Assembly: GCA_965113315.1 (NCBI GenBank)
Contig: OZ220369.1
DNA from: Podarcis vaucheri
Taxonomy: Eukaryota
Direction: 5' to 3' (one strand)
DNA: 64,000 nt
This document shows positions 36,501 to 48,500 of the stretch, in pieces. Numbering within the stretch: the stretch's first letter is position 1; the number at the start of each line of letters is the position of its first letter. A model generated the notes under the pieces. That model saw nothing but the letters and a program-made list of their open reading frames with translations, did not search any database and had not been told where the DNA came from. The position numbers and the translations under genes are program-made.

Positions 36501-39500
36501 TCCTGCCCCCGCCCCCAGTTTCCTCCCTCACTGTGAGCGTCTTTTTGCAAAGCCTTCTCCTCTGCCCTCCTGTCTTCAGAGGAGCTAGCAAACAACCCCA
36601 CAGAGCACAAGCCTGTAATGGAAATGGCACCAGCCTTGCCTTGTACTCTTCTCTAGGCTGCCGTCTCTTCAGTGGTGGGTGGGACAGCACCAGCAGAGGG
36701 CATACTGGGACTTTGGCCTGAGCTGGATCTGCCCTAGGGCTGCTCTTCGCAGTCCTGTATAGAGGGGGAGACCAGGTAAGTCCTGCTTGGCCTGTCTTCG
36801 TTTTTCTTTTGGCTTGGAGCATTTAGCAGCTCGTGGATGCTCCATCTCAGCCTTGCTGAATGGCAGCTTTCCCCCCCTTCTGCATTTTGGAGAGTAACAG
36901 CTTTTCACTAACCTTGGTACCTGGTGGCACAGTTAATGCACCAGGAGGAAGGCCTTAATCTAACTCAGTGGCTCAGTTTTCTAACGCTAGAAAAGAATGC
37001 AAGGGACATTATGTTACAGAAGGTGCCGGAGATTGAATTGCTGTTGATTGTGGTGCTGATAGGTGAATGCTGGCTGAGGGCTACCATGAAATGGCAGTCC
37101 TTACGTCTGACTGCAAAATATTAAACATTCTTGGGTGGTGTTTGGGAGTGAGAGGTATGGGGAGGGGGGGCAGGGGGACAGAAGCGAAGGTCTTGTGTCT
37201 GCATCAGACCTGATGTGGCCGGCATCGTGAACTTCACAAGTTTGTGATCTTAGTACAGCTCCTTTGCTGCTTATTCCTGCCCGGACTGGGAAATGATTTT
37301 GCTCTGCTCTGTGTTGAGCAGAGACTCCTGCTGGGGGGTGTCCATGAAACACTTTTTGAAGTGCCAAAATCAATGTATCCTGCTCCCATAATGATCACTG
37401 CTTCCCCCAAGATTTGTAGAAAGGGACCTACAGTAGCAGGTGCTACAGCTCAAGCTGCTGGTGTAGAATTTAAGCACATAGAGAAGCTCCTTGCTGCATT
37501 TTGGATGTCAAGGGCTGGATTCTCGAAGGAGTTGATGTGGTGCTGGTGCCTTTGTGCAAGCCTTACTTGGTGCAGAACATGTGTGAATGGTGAAACCTCA
37601 GGAGGAGCGAGCTGGTGGTTTGCTGCTCTGTCCCACCAGTCAGGCTTGTTGTTGGTACTGTCTCCTCAGCAGCACCGTGGGCCAGTTGGAGCTGCGTCTG
37701 GATCACACTGGCCTGTGGTGTGCCTCTCAGGCAAAGTCCTGATTATTTGCTTGGATATGGACCTCATGTTTCAGGATTGGGGCTGTTGTGCTCACTTGTC
37801 AGACAGCAGGGGGAAGTGTTTTCTCCAGCACATTAAAAAAAAACAACCCACTCTTTCTCTTTCTTCCTCCTCCTACCTTGCCCTTCTTAAACGTTTGGTT
37901 CTCTTGTACCTCAGAAGGTGCAATATCCTGAAAACCTGGGGTTGTTTATCACAGCCACAGTGAAACATGGTCAGAAAGGCTCAGCCTCAGGTAGCAAAGG
38001 AGGGGCTGCTTTTTGTGTGGCTGGGGCTGCTTGCAGGCAGCATTCCGTCTTGGTTCATATTCTCTCTGTGGGAAAGGTCTGTAACTCCATGCTTCAGTCC
38101 TCAGTGGCATCTCCAGGTAGAGCTGAGAGAGTTTCCCTGTCTGAAACCCTGAAGATGGACTTTGTATAAGGCAGTTTGCTACATTCCTATATTCACCTGC
38201 ATAAATTCCCAAGTAGATGCTAGTGTTGGCAGAGCAGGGGTTGCTTTGATGCTGGACGTATGTGTTGTTTGAGCCTCTTTGTGTTAAAAGGGACTTAACA
38301 TTCAAGGGACTGGTTTTTCTCTTAGCTGTTAAACGTTGGACAGCGGAGATCTCAGCCAAGCCAGAGGCGGGAGCCCAGGAAGATCATCACGGTTTGTGTC
38401 AAAGAGGATGTACACCTGAAGAAAGCTGAGAATGCCTGGAAGCCGAGTCTGAAGCGTGAGACGCAAGCGGAAGACTCTGAGAGCATCAAAACCCAGGTGA
38501 GGCGAGAACATGAGCCTCCTGGCTGGGCTGCCAAGGGGCTGGCCCTTCTCCCCACTTTAACACCCACCCTTAGCTGTAGCGTGATTTGCATGGCTAAGAA
38601 CAGGGTGGTCCAACGTGCAGCCCAAATATGGCAACATTTGACAACCCCACCTCCCCAGCCCTTGTGCTGCCTTCCCAAGCTGAGCAAGTGATGGGCTGGG
38701 CTGGGGCGGGGTGTGTGCTCTAACAGGGTCCTAGAGTTCCGCCACCTTCTTCCCAAAGCCTGGTTAGTGCTTTCCTGCTTTGGAAGGGGGTGGGAGGGAC
38801 TCACTTACCTGGCTATGGGAAGGCAGCACAAATTTTGGCCTCGCTCCTCCCCCCCACAACACACGGGTTCCTTGTTGAAATACGATTGCGGCCCACTTGA
38901 TATGAAAAGTTGGCTTAAAAGGACAAATGAGGATACCAGACAACCTACTACCTCTCTGGCAGGTGTATTTCTCTGTTATCTACTTGACTGTTTCTGCCTT
39001 TCCTTGGGAGGGGGAAAGAAGGGGGATCCCACAGAGGACAGACTTCCTGTGTGGAATATATTTGCGTTCTGAGCTGCCAGTGTACAAAGCTTTTGCTGCT
39101 CTGGAGTCTGGTTGTTTCAACCTGGCTGTGTCTGAACTTCCCTGTCTGCCTGTCTTCCCCTTTCCTCCTGGAGTTGCTGTGAACATGGGTGGAGCTGTTC
39201 AAGCTGACCTGGGATGGTTTGGGCATATGACGCAATGAAGCATACATGCCTGGGTACTGAAAGCAGCTGTCTTGGGCCGTTGCTCTCCTAGGCCTTTTGC
39301 CTCATTTGAGTTTTGCACCTTAACACCTGCATTTTCCCTTCAGGAGCTATTCCGCAAGGTCCGAAGCATCTTGAATAAGTTGACACCGCAGATGTTCAAT
39401 CAGCTGATGAAGCAAGTGACTGATCTAACTGTGGACACGGAAGAGAGGTTGAAAGGCGTCATCGACCTTGTGTTCGAGAAAGCCATTGATGAACCCAGCT

Positions 39501-42500
39501 TCTCTGTGGCCTATGCAAACATGTGCAGGTGTCTCGTCACGGTAAGTGTGGAGTGGGAAGTTGGAAGAGGAAAATACCCAGTGGGAGCGGGGGCATGGCA
39601 GAGCTCCTGCTTAACATGCAGGATATTCCTTATGAGGAACGGCTAAGGGAGCTGGGCATGTTTAGCCTGGAGAAGAGGAGGTTAAGGGGTGATATGATAG
39701 CCAGGTTCAAATATATAAAAGGATGTCACATAGAGGAGGGAGAAAGGTTGTTTTCTGCTGCTCCAGAGAAGCGGACACGGAACAATGGATCCAAACTACA
39801 AGAAAGAAGATTCCACCTAAACATTAGGAAGAACTTCCTGACAGTAAGAGCTGTTCGACAGTGGAATTTGCTGCCAAGGAGTGTGGTGGAGTCTCCTACT
39901 TTGGAGGTCTTTAAGCAGAGGCTTGACAACCATATGTCAGGAGTGCTCTGATGGTGTTTCCTGCTTGGCAGGGGGTTGGACTCGATGGCCCTTGTGGTCT
40001 CTTCCAACTCTATGATTCTATGATTCTATATCCCAGATTTGATCCCTGCCATCTGCTGTTAAAAGGATGATTTGAAAAGGACCTTATTGGCCTGAGTCTC
40101 AGGAGATACTCTGCCATTCAGGGTAGACAATACTGGGCTGAATTGCACTGGTCTGTCATCTGCTGCCTTTTAGACACCAGAATGAAAAGGGGTTTATGGG
40201 GAGGTTGTCCTGAAGATGCTTATCTGAACCAGGCTCATGCAGGCAATTCATAATAGCACCTTTCCATAATAGTTCACCTTTGATGTTAAAAGTTTATATA
40301 TATTATGTATATGTATATATTACTGTGTTGTTTTCAATATGAATGCTGTGAGCCAGTCTGTTTGTCTAATATGTTTTTATCAATAATGGCCGGTAAATAT
40401 TTTTATCAATAAAATGATAAAATGCTGGTTAGGAATGCAGCAAGTGATGAGAGTGCCCTGTTTTGCCTGTGTTGTGCTCACTTTCCTCCTCCTTGGCCCT
40501 TTTGACACGTACTGCACACAGCTGAAGGTGCCCATGGCGGATAAGCCCGGGAGCTTTGTCAACTTCCGGAAGCTACTCCTGAATCGTTGCCAGAAGGAAT
40601 TTGAAAAGGACAAAGCTGATGACGATGTCTTTGAGAAGAAGCAGAAGGAGCTGGAAGCTGCCACAACGGTGAGTGTCGGCAGAGCACCCTCTGTGCGCTC
40701 CCAGGAGCAGGGAGCCCAAGACATGGGAGTCCTGTGGTGTTGCTGGCCTGGGAAGCGAGGCCATGGGCTTGTGGTGTGGCAGGCAGCCCTTTCTCACCAC
40801 CCCTTCCTTCTCTGCCCCTCAGCCAGAGGAGAGGACGCGGCTCCACGATGAACTGGAAGAAGCCAAGGACAAGGCCCGGCGGCGCTCCATTGGCAACATA
40901 AAGTTCATTGGGGAGCTCTTCAAGCTGAAGATGCTGACAGAGGCCATCATGCATGACTGTGTGGTGAAGCTGCTGAAGAACCACGACCAGGAGTCCCTTG
41001 AGTGCCTCTGCCGCCTCTTGACTACCATTGGCAAAGACTTGGACTTTGAGAAAGCCAAGGTTAGAAGAACCTGGCACCCACACTGAGACCCTTGGTGGCT
41101 GTAGCCTTTTCTGTGGGCTGCTAAGTGGCGCTCGTGCTTTCCCCTAGAAGATGGGGCAGTGGGGTTGCTTTGCCCCTTGTGCCATCAGGGAAGAGTGAAC
41201 ACCCAAATCCATCTTCTTAAGTGTTCAAAAGAACTTGAAGTGTTCAGAAAAGCTAGATCCATACCCCTTACTGGCCCTGCTTTATACCCGCCTGGAGTGG
41301 ATAGAATGTGAGGCCACTTGGAAAGTGCAGAGGCGGGTGGGTGACTTTTATGTACTTCTATGTAGAAACCTCTTTACTTTTGCCTGGCTGGGATTAGCCC
41401 CTGTCCAAAGGTAAGAGTCGCCCTCATTGCTCCAGGCCCTGAAAGGTTTCCCAGCAGAGGCTGGAGAGGATCCCCTTCCCCATTCCCCCCTGTAAGGCAG
41501 TTTTTCATGTTCCTATGAAATATGGTGAAATATGTGTTTCCTCTAGCCTCGAATGGACCAGTATTTCAATCAAATGGAAAAGATAGTCAAAGAGAGGAAA
41601 ACCTCTTCCAGAATACGATTCATGCTTCAAGATGTCATAGACCTCAGGCAGGTACGTGTCCGGCAAGGGAAGCAGATGAGTAATTGTCCACAAGAGAAAA
41701 TGGGTACTGCCCTCACCTGGCTCTTAGTCTTACCTTGAGAGGGTAGTTCTTGGTTTTTTAAAGGGCTGTCAGAGACCATCTTTTGATGATGGGCAGTGGA
41801 GCTGCTGTCTCCTGCGTCATGGGCTGCTGTCATGGGGTAGCTGTGGTTTTACAGTCAACTTGTGTCACGCTTGTGGAAGGAGCTTGCGAGCAGTTTTCCT
41901 CTCAGTAGAATATCCCACTTCCTCTGTCTGCATCAACCACAACTACCCCACAGTGTGCAGGGGAGAAAGAAGGCCTCATCCGTCCTTGCTTTCCTGTCTT
42001 CCACAGTGTAACTGGGTCTCACGGAGGGCAGATCAAGGGCCCAAGACGATAGAGCAGATCCATAAAGAAGCAAAAATTGAAGAACAGGAGGAGCAGCGGA
42101 AAGTCCAGCAACTAATGACCAAAGAGAAGAGGAGGCCTGGTAAGTTTCCAGAGTTCCCATCTGATGCTTGACCAGGAGGAGAGAGGAACAAGGGTCCATG
42201 TCATGAGAATTGCCTCCGGTGTCTAGATTATAGAGTGCCCAGTCCAGGTTGAATATCTCTTTCTGCCCATATGCCGTTCTGCCCATATATATATATGCAT
42301 ATATATTATTATTAAGCATATTGGGGAGCAACCTCCAGCCATTTGTTCTACTAGCTTGTGCATGGACCATTGCACAGAATAGGCAAATGGTGAAACTGCA
42401 CAAATATTTTTTTTAAAACCTGCCACACGATTGCTTAGGCAGAAATGCAAATTGAAATGCAATCTTCAGCTAGATGCGACAGAGGAAACATAGCAGCCTT

Positions 42501-45500
42501 ATTCCCATAGGCTCTCAAGCTTCACTTTACACATACAACTCATCCCAGACCACTTTAGCTACCATAGCAGGGATTCTAAAAAGTAACTTGTTTGTTTGTT
42601 TTGTTTGCAGGTGTTCAGAGGGTAGAGGAGGGTGGCTGGAACACGGTGCAGGGGGCGAAAAATACCCGTGCGCTGGACCCCACCAAGTTCCTTAAAATCA
42701 CCAAGGTTTGTATGGAGGAAGAATCTCTTTCTGAGAGGAATGCAAAGAGAGACGAACTCTCCTTTGGTTGGTCATCTTCAACATTCCCAATCCTCAACAT
42801 CAGCCTTCCTGAAAGTGGTCCCTCCCAGACGTTTTGGACTGCAGTTCCCACAGGCTCCAGCTTCACACACCTACAGTAGCTGGTGCCAGTGGGAACTAGT
42901 TCAGAATGCCAGGAGAGTGCCTGGTTGGGGAATCTTGGTTTTTCCTGCTGCCCTGCCCTCCAAGGAAGCTGTTTGTCCATCTGTGCATCTAGGCATTTTG
43001 AACTGGGAAGTGGGAGAGAGGGTGGCAGTGAGCCAGAGGGCGGGAGGATTTGTTTCCTTCTGTGAAACAGGATTGGGTGGGGCGGTTCCAATTCCCAGCA
43101 GGCTCTCCCTGATTTGTGCTCCTGTCTGTGTGTCTTTCAGCCCACAATAGATGAGAAGATCCAGCTTGTGCCTAAAGCCCAGTTGGGCAGCTGGGGAAAA
43201 GGCAGCAGTGGGGGAGCCAAGGCCAGTGAGATTGGTGAGTGTGGAGCCCCCCCCCTGCATTTTGCTCTGTGCACCCTGAAAAGTGCTGGCAGTTGCTGTT
43301 CCTCGTCAAATACATCTCCTTGTCATTTCTCCTTTTTTGGAATTTCCAGTCTTGGCTTACTTCCTGTTATGAATGGGCAGTGCAATGGGCCATATTCAGT
43401 GCTAGTCCTCCTCTTGGTACACTCACTAAAGTTAAATAGTTACAACAATCTTAGGTTCATTAAATTCAGTGGATTTACTTTGGGAAGGACTTAGCCTGAT
43501 ATAACTCCCATGTTCTACGTCTTCTTTTTCTTAAACATTCAAATATTTTACCAAAGTAATTGAATTGGTAGATCAAACCAGCGCTTGATCCGTTTCCAAC
43601 TGTAGTGCTGCAGCAGTCTGTGGACAATACACTATAGTACTACAGTCGGAATAAGTTAGCTAGAGAGTCTCCTGAAAGAGTCGGGTTTTGCTTGGCTCCG
43701 GAAAGAGCTCAGTGTGGGAGCTTGGCAAATATCTTTGGGGAGTCCACACCACAGAGCTGACATTGCTACTGCAAAGACTCGGCCCTGATTGGATGATTGC
43801 TGAGATTCACTCAGTATCAATGCCTGGAACAAGAAATCGGAGCAAATTATCATAGCATCCATGACAGATGGCCATCCAACCTCTGCTTAAAAACCTCCAC
43901 TGAAGGAGAGTCCAGAACCTCCCAAGGGAGCCTGTTCCACTGTCGAACAGCTCTAATTGTCAAAGGTTTTTCCTGGTGTTTAGTCAGAATCTTCTTTCTT
44001 GTCATTTGGAATCCATTGGTTTGGGTCCTGTCCTACGGATCCAGCAGAAAACAAGCTGAATCCAACTTCCATTTGACTGCCCTTCAGATATTTAAAGGTA
44101 GCTATCTCCTCTCAATCTCTTCCAGGCTAAACATACCCAACCTCCTAAACTGTTCCTCATAAGGCTTGGTTTCTAGGGAAGGATTTGGTCCTTAGGAGAC
44201 ACCCAAGCCTGTTAAGGCTTTAAAGGGTTTCTTGTATCTGTAGGTGACCTATCTCTCTCTCAGTGCAAAAACCCTCTGCCCTGAAGGACGAGAGAGATCA
44301 TCAAGGCATCCACTTGACACAGTTAAACTTGTGCTAGGTTTAAGAGCTTCTGGGCCTCTGGCTGATGGGTTTCCTGAAGCCCTTGAGGCAGCTGTTACTC
44401 TCCCCAACATCCTCTTGCAGATTCCTTACGACCAAGTGCCACTAGTTTGAACCGATTCTCTGCACTGCAGCCTCCCGCATCATCTGTGTCTGCCTCAGCC
44501 ACATCCGCAGAGTTGGACTCTCGCAGGGCCTTAACTAGGTAAGTCTCAGGCCACCCATGGCTGCTTCTTTCCCACTTCATTTAATAATAATAATAGCCTT
44601 GAATGAGTTGTATGTGATTAAGCTGACTTTACGAACCGTGTGTGTGTGTGTGTACTCAGTAGCTCATGCTCTCGGGGGCTGTCCATGTAATGAAATGTGT
44701 GAAAAAAGCAGAGATTTAATTGCCTCTCCGATAAAACTCTTCTGCTTTTAGCGCTTGATGTCTGTGTTTACTATCACTTGAAAGTCACTTGAAAGCTAAT
44801 TGGCACATAGCCGAGTTGGGGGTTAATATTTTTTTTCAAGCAATGAGTGAGTAAGGGATTTTCCTGAGAAATGTCTTTGCTCCCACAGTCGGGGGAGCAC
44901 AGGCAGGGAGAAGAACGACAAGCTGCTCCCCTCTCCAGCCTCACGCCCCAACACCTTCTTGCGGGTCAGCAGCAGCAAGGAGCAGCTCTTGGACAACCAG
45001 GCTCAGGAAGAACAGCGGAGGGAGATGCTGGAGACCGTGAAGCAGCTGACCGGGGGGCTGGAGAGCGACTGGAACAGCACAGAGGCAGAGAGGAGCAAGG
45101 CCAAGGAAACTGGTGAGCTTTTCCTCTTCCTCCTCCAAGTTGGGACTTATGAACTCTGGGCTGTCCTTCCTGCTGGATGAGCAGAAACATTTTGTGACTG
45201 ATTTGGTTGGTGCTAATTTATGCCCATTCCCTCTTGAGCTCATAGCATCATTTCATCCACATACATTTGTTGCCCCTTCTGAGTCAAAATGGTGGTGATC
45301 TAAAGCGAGGTATTCTGTGCAGATCTCTCTCTGGGGTGAATTACACCACAAATCCTAGAGTGTGTAGCTGCATGTAGGACTTACGAAGAATGACAGGACA
45401 CAGCCTAAGGACTTGCCTATAATGACAATGGCATTTGCATCTCTGGCATTGCATTGAAGTAAGCATTCTACATTTCCTGCCTCTTTCTCTCCCTCTCCCT

Positions 45501-48500
45501 CTCCCCTTACCCATTCAACTGTCTTAACAGCCAAGCCTGAAATTTCCACATCCCCAGCCCAGGAAAAACCTGCATTGTCAGAAGAGGAAATAGAGAGAAA
45601 GTGCAAATCGATCATTGACGAGTTCTTGCACATAAACGATTATAAGGTAAGGAGAGCTGTGGCCCATCGTGACGTGTATTGGAGTTTTCTCTAGGGGCGG
45701 AGGGCTTAAGCGTTTAAAAGCCACCCTTTCCGAGGTCTGGCTTTGCAGCCGCTGATCTTACAATATCAGTGCAGAGAGCAAGAAGGACCTTTCTTAAGGT
45801 CAGCTGAGGAGCTTTTGCACAAGGAAAGTCTCTTAGCCCACGGACTACAGAGAAACCTCCCTTTGTATTGTCTGGACAGGAAGCGATGCAGTGCGTGGAG
45901 GAGCTGAGCATACCGGGAGTGCTGCCTATGTTTGTGCAGGTGGGCGTGGAGTCAACCCTGGAGCGGAGTCAGATCACCAGAGACCACATGGGCCAGTTGC
46001 TGTATCAGCTGGTGCAGTCGGAGAAGCTCAGCAAGCAGGACTTTTTCAAGGGGTTGGTAGTCTGCCAGGGAAGGAAGCAAGATCTCTGGGTATTTTTTCT
46101 TTCTTTCATGGGTGCTCACTACAAACAGTTACATTTGGGCTGGATGCAGAGAGAGACCAGCTGCCTCCCAGATGGAATGTGCCTTGAGCAACTCTGCTTC
46201 CCTCCTTAGGTTTGCGGACACCTTGGAGACTGCAGACGACATGGCCATCGATATACCCCACATATGGTTATACCTGGCTGAGTTGGTGACGCCTATGTTG
46301 AAAGAAGGAGGAATCTCTATGAGAGAACTTCTGACGTAAGCTGCACTCTTTCTCCGTTAGCCGTGGGGTGATGCTTGCACTGGCTGCCCTTGGAACTCCT
46401 TGCATTGATAAGGTCAAGCTAGTCACAGTCAACCGCAGTGACCTATGCAAGACCTGTTGCTTGCTACAAACTGTATTGTTATTGCCTTGGGGCAGTGAAT
46501 TTCCACACCCCGGTTAAGCCAGATTTAAATCTGCCAGACCCCTCATGGGCCTAATTTGTCGCGTGTACCAGTTAAAATGACGTCAGGCAATGTTTCTTTT
46601 TGAATGCACACTCCCAAATCACGAAGGGATTTGCACAGACCTCAACTAAAACGGGCTTTCACAGAGATTTCAATGTAAACCCATCATGAGACTGGAGCAA
46701 GGTGTGCTTCAGCTGTTGGACAGTGGGGACATGCCTTACCTCCAGCAAAGGAACGCTTAAGAGCTCATTTTAAGCCACACTAGCCCTAGTCCCACACCTG
46801 ATGTCTCATATGATGGCAGGTGGGTACAGTTTACCAGAAACAGTCTGGCAGGCTAAATGGGGTTTCCCAGCAGGCCAGAGACTTGCCACCCCTGCCTTAA
46901 GGGCTGAACCAGTAGAGGGTGGCAGCTCCCCAAATATCCTGCCTGTCAAAACTTGTCTGCAGTGGTCTCCCTCCAGCTCCAGAACAGTTGCTTCTGTGGT
47001 TGAAGATTCAAGTAGAACTTAGTGAAGGCCAGAGCCCTCAGCCCCCTTCGTGGTGGCCTTTCACCATGTGCTAGTTGCCTGTCAGGTGGCAAAGTTTACA
47101 CTGTTCTCTTGCTCTCTCCTATTGCAGAGAATTTAGCAAACCCTTGCTCCCTGTGGGACGAGCCGGCATCTTGCTTTCCGAAATATTGCACCTTCTATGC
47201 AAACAAATGGTAAGTGTTCCAGGCCACTTGCCGATCTGGATGTGTGTGTGCAAAGGGAATCCGTAGTGTATTGAGAAATGTCAAGAAGCCTGCCCAGGAC
47301 TCCCAAGTCAGTGAGTTGCATTCACATTTTGCCTGAAAAGGCTTTGAAGCTGCCTTTAGTTGATCAGGAGCAGGAATCACAAAGGACAGCCTCATTCTGA
47401 AGATGCTTCGAATTCAGAGATGTTCCCAGTTGCTGCCCCAACCTGAGCAGGCCCCTACCCTAGAAAGGGTGGCACTTTCTTGGCCCCACTGATTGCTGAA
47501 TCCCGTTGACCCCACAGCAGCATTGGATTGAACCCTCCTGTTGGAAAAGAACATCCTAAAGTCGGGATATTGAATGTGATCCTTTGCACTCACCCAGGTT
47601 TTCCCCTCCCCCCCCCGAAAAAGAACTGTCATGGTGGGGTTGGAGGTTGCTTTGAACACTGTGGCTGTTTTGGGTCTCCCTGCTCTTCTCTCTTTGATTT
47701 TTCAAATTCCTTCTGTGTTCTAGAGCCATAAGAAAGTGGCAGCCTTATGGAGGGAGGCTGGCCTCAGTTGGAAAGACTTCTTACCTGAAGAGGAGGATGT
47801 CCACACCTTTCTCATGGAGCAGGTGAGTTGGGAGCCAGAGCAGGGTCACTCTGACCTTTTGGTCACTCTGTTCACTTCTGATAGGGGGAGGAGGTTTGAC
47901 TAGATGCTGTGTTGTCCCTTCTGACTCCTGAGGTGGGACCAGCCTCCACTGCAAAAGGTCTTTAACCCTTTGGAAGAATAGATGGTTAAACCCCACTTCA
48001 GGGTGTTCACTGGCATGGGCGGGGGACCCTGCGTGTCACGCCAAACTAAAGCCATTCTCTCTTTTCTTGTAACACTGTAGAAGTTGGACTTCACAGAGAC
48101 TGACAGTTCCAGTTCCTCAGAAGCACTTTCAAAGAAGGAGCTCTCTGCTGAAGAGTTGAACAAACAGCTGGAGAAACTCATTATCGAGGACAAGGCGAAT
48201 GATGAGCAGATCTTTGATTGGGTAGAGGTACAAAGCCCATGTCCATCTATGCCCGTACACTAATAAGTTAAGAGTTATTTGAACCCGTCTGTTCCTGCAG
48301 CCTGGGCTCTTGGAAAGAGCAGCTCTCAGGAGTGGGCTCTTGGTTCTTACAGAATCATGGGGGTTGGGAGCATTTCACCACAGCCATCACCTGTCTCCAC
48401 ACTGCTTTCCTGACCCTCACTTTCAGCAGAGTCTGGTTTCACCCCTGGGGATTGCTGCTTGTCACCAGAACACAATTTTGCTCGCCTAGAGGGCTGCATT

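Noticed and set aside
37244-37963. 239-aa ORF inside an EIF4G3 intron
   Set aside because: Non-ATG start, Cys/Trp/Leu-rich composition typical of non-coding DNA, no recognisable domain and no fitting splice sites.
39523-39951. 142-aa ORF as a host protein
   Set aside because: It is the CR1 ORF2 C-terminus, a retrotransposon remnant.
40380-41083. Antisense ORFs (114, 174, 79 aa) over MIF4G exons
   Set aside because: Shadow frames of the sense exons; no independent gene signals.
44773-44795. 11-bp tandem duplication TCACTTGAAAG x2
   Set aside because: Simple slippage duplication with no sign of function.
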